From NCBI GenBank assembly GCA_964454175.1, contig CAYVSA010000061.1, positions 1 to 11,091 on the forward strand: a DNA stretch of 11,091 bases, in the 5' to 3' direction. The notes beneath the pieces were generated by a model, which saw nothing but the letters and a program-made list of their open reading frames with translations, was not told the DNA's origin and searched no databases. A program made the translations under genes and the position numbers. This DNA is from an uncultured Pseudomonadota bacterium. GTDB taxonomy: Bacteria > BMS3Abin14. This document shows positions 7,503-11,091 of this stretch, piece after piece (positions within the stretch are counted from its first letter, which is position 1; each line of letters begins with the position of its first letter).

Positions 7503-7512
7503 AAGGACATCC

Positions 7513-9048
7513 ATGACTGATGCCGTAAAAATTATTCCGGACGATGAATACAACAGGGAGCTGGCGTCAAACGTCCATCCGGGTGACTGGACTAACCCGG
7601 AGCCTGCAGGCCGTTATAACCTGGTTGTAGTTGGCGCTGGAACTGCCGGGCTTGTGGCTGCAGCCGGAGCGGCTGGACTCGGCGGGAAGGTCGCTCTGGT
7701 GGAACGTCACCTCATGGGTGGAGATTGTCTGAACGTCGGGTGCGTGCCATCCAAATGCCTCATACGCTCGTCCAGGGCAGCAGCCGACGTGAGGGATGCA
7801 GGGGACTTCGGTGTCACGATTCAGGGAAGCGCCGAGGTGGATTTTTCTGCCGTTATGGAACGGCTTCGGCGCCTGAGAGCGGAGATCAGCGCCAATGATT
7901 CAGCCAGGCGGTACCGGGATGAACTGGGCGTGGACGTGTTCATCGGGGAGGGACGTTTCACCGGCCGCGACCGGGTGGAGGTGGACGGCAGTGTGCTTAA
8001 CTTCAAAAAGGCGGTGGTCGCAACTGGTGCCAGGGCTTTCGAGCTGCCGGTCCCGGGTCTTGCGGAGGCGGGTTTCCTGACCAACGAGACGGTCTTTTCC
8101 CTTACGGAAAGGCCCGGGCGCCTTGCAGTCATCGGAGCCGGGCCCCTGGGGTGCGAACTCGCCCAGACCTTCAGGAGGCTGGGAAGTGAAGTTTACATCC
8201 TTGAGATCGGCCCCCAGATCCTGCCGAGGGAAGACAGGGACGCAGCCAATGTCATTGAAAAGGCCTTCGAAAAAGACGGAGTGCGCCTCGTTCTGGGATG
8301 TAATATCGAGAGGGTGGAAAAGACGGGCGCCGAAAAGCTCATACACCTCAAGTGTGATGAGGAGGAAAAAACACTGCCTGTTGACGAGATACTCATCGGC
8401 GTGGGCAGGGTTCCCAATGTGGACAACCTGGGACTGGAAGAGGCGGGTGTTCAGTACGACACCAGGGCGGGAGTACACGTGGACGACAGGCTCAGGACCT
8501 CCAATCCACGCATATATGCGGCAGGGGACATCTGTCTGAAGTACAAGTTCACCCACACGGCTGATGCGACGGCGAGGATCGTTATCCAGAATGCCCTGTT
8601 CTGGGGCCGGAAGAAGGCAAGCGCCCTGAACATCCCCTGGTGCACGTACACCGATCCGGAGATCGCTCACGTCGGGATGTACGAAAAAGACGCCGTAGAA
8701 ATGGGGATCGAAGTGGATACCATAACCATCCCCATGGCAGATGTTGACCGGGCCATTGCGGAAGGTGAAAAGGAGGGGATGGTCAGGATCCACCTCAAAA
8801 AGGGCACCGACAAGATACTGGGGGCAACGATCGTAGCGCGGCACGCCGGGGAGATGATCAGCGAAATATCTGTTGCCATGCAGGCGAAGATGGGGCTGGG
8901 AGCGATCTCCAGCGTCATCCACCCCTATCCCACGCAGGCCGAAGCCATCAGGAGGGCTGCCGATGCCTACAACAGGACACGCCTGACACCCGCGATCAAG
9001 AGTATCTTTAACCGCATCCTGAGATTCCAGAGGGGCGGCGGCGCCTGA
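7513..9048 (+). CDS. Pyridine nucleotide-disulfide oxidoreductase class I, mercuric reductase-like (not a bona fide MerA)
   Basis: FAD motif VVGAGTAG, redox disulfide GGDCLNVGCVPSK, NAD motif VIGAGPLGCE, IYAAGD, YTDPEIAHVG and IHPYPTQAE. No N-terminal HMA domain and no C-terminal Cys-Cys. AAGGA RBS precedes the ATG. Confidence 0.88.
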   Translation: MTDAVKIIPDDEYNRELASNVHPGDWTNPEPAGRYNLVVVGAGTAGLVAAAGAAGLGGKVALVERHLMGGDCLNVGCVPSKCLIRSSRAAADVRDAGDFGVTIQGSAEVDFSAVMERLRRLRAEISANDSARRYRDELGVDVFIGEGRFTGRDRVEVDGSVLNFKKAVVATGARAFELPVPGLAEAGFLTNETVFSLTERPGRLAVIGAGPLGCELAQTFRRLGSEVYILEIGPQILPREDRDAANVIEKAFEKDGVRLVLGCNIERVEKTGAEKLIHLKCDEEEKTLPVDEILIGVGRVPNVDNLGLEEAGVQYDTRAGVHVDDRLRTSNPRIYAAGDICLKYKFTHTADATARIVIQNALFWGRKKASALNIPWCTYTDPEIAHVGMYEKDAVEMGIEVDTITIPMADVDRAIAEGEKEGMVRIHLKKGTDKILGATIVARHAGEMISEISVAMQAKMGLGAISSVIHPYPTQAEAIRRAADAYNRTRLTPAIKSIFNRILRFQRGGGA

Positions 9049-9049
9049 G

Positions 9050-10396
9050 GTGAAATCAGGACTCATAATCTTTACCCGTTTTCCCGAAGCCGGCAGAACC
9101 AAGACACGCCTTATTCCGTCTCAGGGGCCGGAGGCTGCTGCTGACATACAGCGCGGTATGACGGAGCATATGCTGCGGTCCGCAAGCTTTGTCAATCTCC
9201 CCGATTTTCATGTCCAGGTTCGTTTCGAGGGAGGCAGTGCTGACTCCATGAAGGCCTGGCTGGGAGACACGTGTGAGTACGTCCCCCAGGGTGAGGGTGA
9301 TCTCGGTGATCGTATGGCCAGGGCCTTTGCCGATGTGTTTGAAAACGGTGTTCAGAGGGCTGTTATCATCGGCACGGATAGCCCGTCCATTACACCCCTG
9401 CTTATCAGGCTGGCCCTGTTCCGACTTGAACGATACGACCTGGTCCTGGGGCCAGCAAAGGACGGGGGCTACTACCTCATCGGGTTGAAAGGGAAAGCTG
9501 CCGGAAAGGCTCTTCCCGGGATAATGGAAGACATTTCCTGGGGAAGCGGTGAGGTGTTCTCACAGACGATGGAAAAGGCCCGCAGGCTGGAGTTGGTAAC
9601 GGCCCTGCTGCCCGCTCTTGGCGACGTAGATCGTCCGGAGGATCTGCATCTCTGGGAGGAGGCGGCGAGGGTATCAGGGGAGCCGCTGATATCGATAGTT
9701 GTGCCGACGTTAAACGAAGCAGGTAATCTACCGGACCTTGTGAAAAATATAGCTGTCGAACAGGGTGTTGAGCTGGTAGTTGTCGATGGCGGGAGCACCG
9801 ACGATACGCTTGAGGCAGCCCGGATGCTGGCGTCTGAAGCTGTATCCGTCGACAGAGGTCGCTGGTCACAGATGAACACCGGGGCGGAGGCGGCCAGTGG
9901 GGATATACTCCTCTTCCTTCACGCTGACACACGGCTCCCCCCGGGCTTTGTCCGTTCGATCAGGGCGGCCATGGAGGACCCGGAGGTGGCAGCAGGAGCA
10001 TTCAAGTTTTCGACCGACCTGAAGACATCTTTAATGGGACTCGTTGAGTGGGCGGCCAATCGCAGGGCCCGTCATTTTGGTATAATTTTCAGTGACCAGG
10101 CCATTTTCGTAAGGGCGGAGCTGTTTCACGAGTTGGGCGGTTTCCCGGCCCAACCGATCATGGAGGATTACGAGCTGGTGAGGAGACTGAGGGGAGCCGG
10201 GAAGTTCGTCCTCCTCGACGAAAGAGCGGTGACGTCGGCCAGGAAGTGGGAAAGACAGGGGACCTGGAGATTGACGCTGACCCATCAGCTGATAACATGG
10301 GCGTACCTCCTGGGCGTGTCCCCCGAGAGGCTGGCGAGGTGGTATGGGGGGGGTCGGTGTCGAGGTATTGAAGTATCGAGGTTTCGAGGTAGTTGA
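9050..10396 (+). CDS. Fused rSAM/selenodomain-associated transferase 1 (TIGR04282/DUF2064-like) plus transferase 2 (TIGR04283, GT2 family)
   Basis: N-half (~9050-9655): IIFTRFPEAGRTKTRL, QGEGDLGDRM, IIGTDSP, LGPAKDGGYYLIG, ISWGS..V, DVDRPEDL. C-half (~9689-10345): ISIVVPTLNE, VVDGGSTDDT, QMNTGA, LLFLHADT, DQAIFVR, MEDYELVRRL, TSARKW, LARWY. GTG start 1 nt after the upstream TGA. Confidence 0.88.
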   Translation: MKSGLIIFTRFPEAGRTKTRLIPSQGPEAAADIQRGMTEHMLRSASFVNLPDFHVQVRFEGGSADSMKAWLGDTCEYVPQGEGDLGDRMARAFADVFENGVQRAVIIGTDSPSITPLLIRLALFRLERYDLVLGPAKDGGYYLIGLKGKAAGKALPGIMEDISWGSGEVFSQTMEKARRLELVTALLPALGDVDRPEDLHLWEEAARVSGEPLISIVVPTLNEAGNLPDLVKNIAVEQGVELVVVDGGSTDDTLEAARMLASEAVSVDRGRWSQMNTGAEAASGDILLFLHADTRLPPGFVRSIRAAMEDPEVAAGAFKFSTDLKTSLMGLVEWAANRRARHFGIIFSDQAIFVRAELFHELGGFPAQPIMEDYELVRRLRGAGKFVLLDERAVTSARKWERQGTWRLTLTHQLITWAYLLGVSPERLARWYGGGRCRGIEVSRFRGS

Positions 10397-10441
10397 AATT
10401 GGACCTTGGACATTGGTCCTAAACACCTGGGTCTTGGGACC
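10359..10441 (+). repeat. 8-bp then 7-bp degenerate tandem repeats at the end of the arsS operon
   Basis: gtcgaggt attgaagt atcgaggt ttcgaggt (10359-10390), then tggacct tggacat tggtcct aaacacc tgggtct tgggacc (10400-10441). Confidence 0.8.
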
Positions 10442-10458
10442 AGTCCTCATCTGTTTAG

Positions 10459-10917
10459 TCAATCAACCAGATAATCCCCCACCTGGTCCTTTATGTACTG
10501 TGACAGTACCTGTTCATCTTCATAGATCTTCCAGACATCCTCGAGGTTTTTAAAGCCCCTCTCGGACCCGTTCTCGGTGTTCACGACGATTATGGTGTTG
10601 AAGAAAAAGTTGTAATCCTTCGTGTAGTGCTCGTTTCCCGGCTCATCAAGGTTGATGACCTCCATTACAAGGCGCCCCTCTTTCAGGGCCTTTGGAAAGT
10701 GGGCCTGAAGGGCTTTTCTGGTCCCGGCTTCGATCCGCTCGCACTCGGGACAGCGGAAGCGGCGGTGAAAGTAAAGGAGCTTGACCTGTTTTGCTATGGC
10801 GGTGCCGTCAGCAGGCAGGTGTGATGTCGCCATGGCGGCCGGGGCAAACAGGGCAAGCGATGAGAAAAGAAGCAGTGACATGACGATGGCAGCTGCTGAT
10901 ATGTGTACTCTCTTCAT
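10459..10917 (-). CDS. Exported thioredoxin-like CxxC protein resembling the nitrophenyl-compound nitroreductase subunit ArsF family
   Basis: Signal-peptide-like N-terminus (MKR, hydrophobic core, AAMA), then V...YFH...RCPEC..IE, G.L....INLD...N.H...Y and K.L..VW. Start placed at ATG 10917 (GGAG upstream). The ORF track starts at 10965. Confidence 0.75.
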   Translation of the reverse strand: MKRVHISAAAIVMSLLLFSSLALFAPAAMATSHLPADGTAIAKQVKLLYFHRRFRCPECERIEAGTRKALQAHFPKALKEGRLVMEVINLDEPGNEHYTKDYNFFFNTIIVVNTENGSERGFKNLEDVWKIYEDEQVLSQYIKDQVGDYLVD

Positions 10918-10998
10918 GGCAGTTGTTGTCTCCATCCAGGTCGGGTTCAGCCCGTCTTCTAGCATGAATACGATGCCCAGGCAAATAAGGTGCAGGGT

Positions 10999-11091
10999 TC
11001 AGGAAGACTGCGAGGTTACGCTGACGCTGTTGAAGTTGTTCTGGAGTTTTCCGCTGCCGAGACCGGCCACGCCGGACGTGTATCTGGAGTC
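10999..11091 (-). CDS. 3' end of an unidentified gene truncated by the window edge
   Basis: Open minus-strand frame DSRYTSGVAGLGSGKLQNNFNSVSVTSQSS ending in TGA (11001-10999), with C-rich third positions like neighbouring genes. Product not recognised. Confidence 0.55.
   Translation of the reverse strand, partial: DSRYTSGVAGLGSGKLQNNFNSVSVTSQSS

Noticed and set aside
7513-9048. Calling the flavoprotein merA or lpdA
   Set aside because: No C-terminal Cys-Cys, no NmerA domain and no mer genes nearby. The LpdA catalytic His is replaced by Tyr.
9046-9052. UGA read-through (selenocysteine) at gene ends such as the flavoprotein stop
   Set aside because: The UGA codons fall at expected family C-termini, and the read-through frames show no recognisable continuation. 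The next gene starts in a different frame.
7900-9102. 400-aa antisense ORF opposite the flavoprotein gene
   Set aside because: No recognisable motifs. It mirrors a conserved, GC3-biased gene, which is typical of a shadow ORF.

Overview
Gene-dense bacterial window, probably from a deltaproteobacterium-like organism (inferred from a Myxococcales/Desulfobacterota-type stand-alone PilZ gene and the gene content). An AT-rich spacer (~5522-5780) holds two back-to-back sigma70-like promoters. Leftward (minus strand) runs a sugar-phosphate unit: rpiB, a stand-alone Tal/Pgi-type glucose-6-phosphate isomerase and a translationally coupled TauE/SafE exporter. After an opposite-strand PilZ gene come glucokinase and a DUF427 gene. 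Rightward (plus strand) runs a four-gene operon: ArsS-type radical SAM enzyme (Cys form), TVP38/TMEM64 membrane protein, a MerA-like flavoprotein lacking the C-terminal Cys pair, and a fused TIGR04282+TIGR04283-type double transferase. This operon converges on an exported CxxC protein resembling the ArsF family. The most interesting points are (i) a putative organoarsenical/arsenosugar module with no arsM in the window, placed head-to-head with sugar-phosphate genes, and (ii) a recurring family of degenerate 7-bp and 8-bp tandem repeats, partly arranged as head-to-head hairpins, at four intergenic or gene-end sites. Family assignments come from motif recognition by eye, not from database searches.
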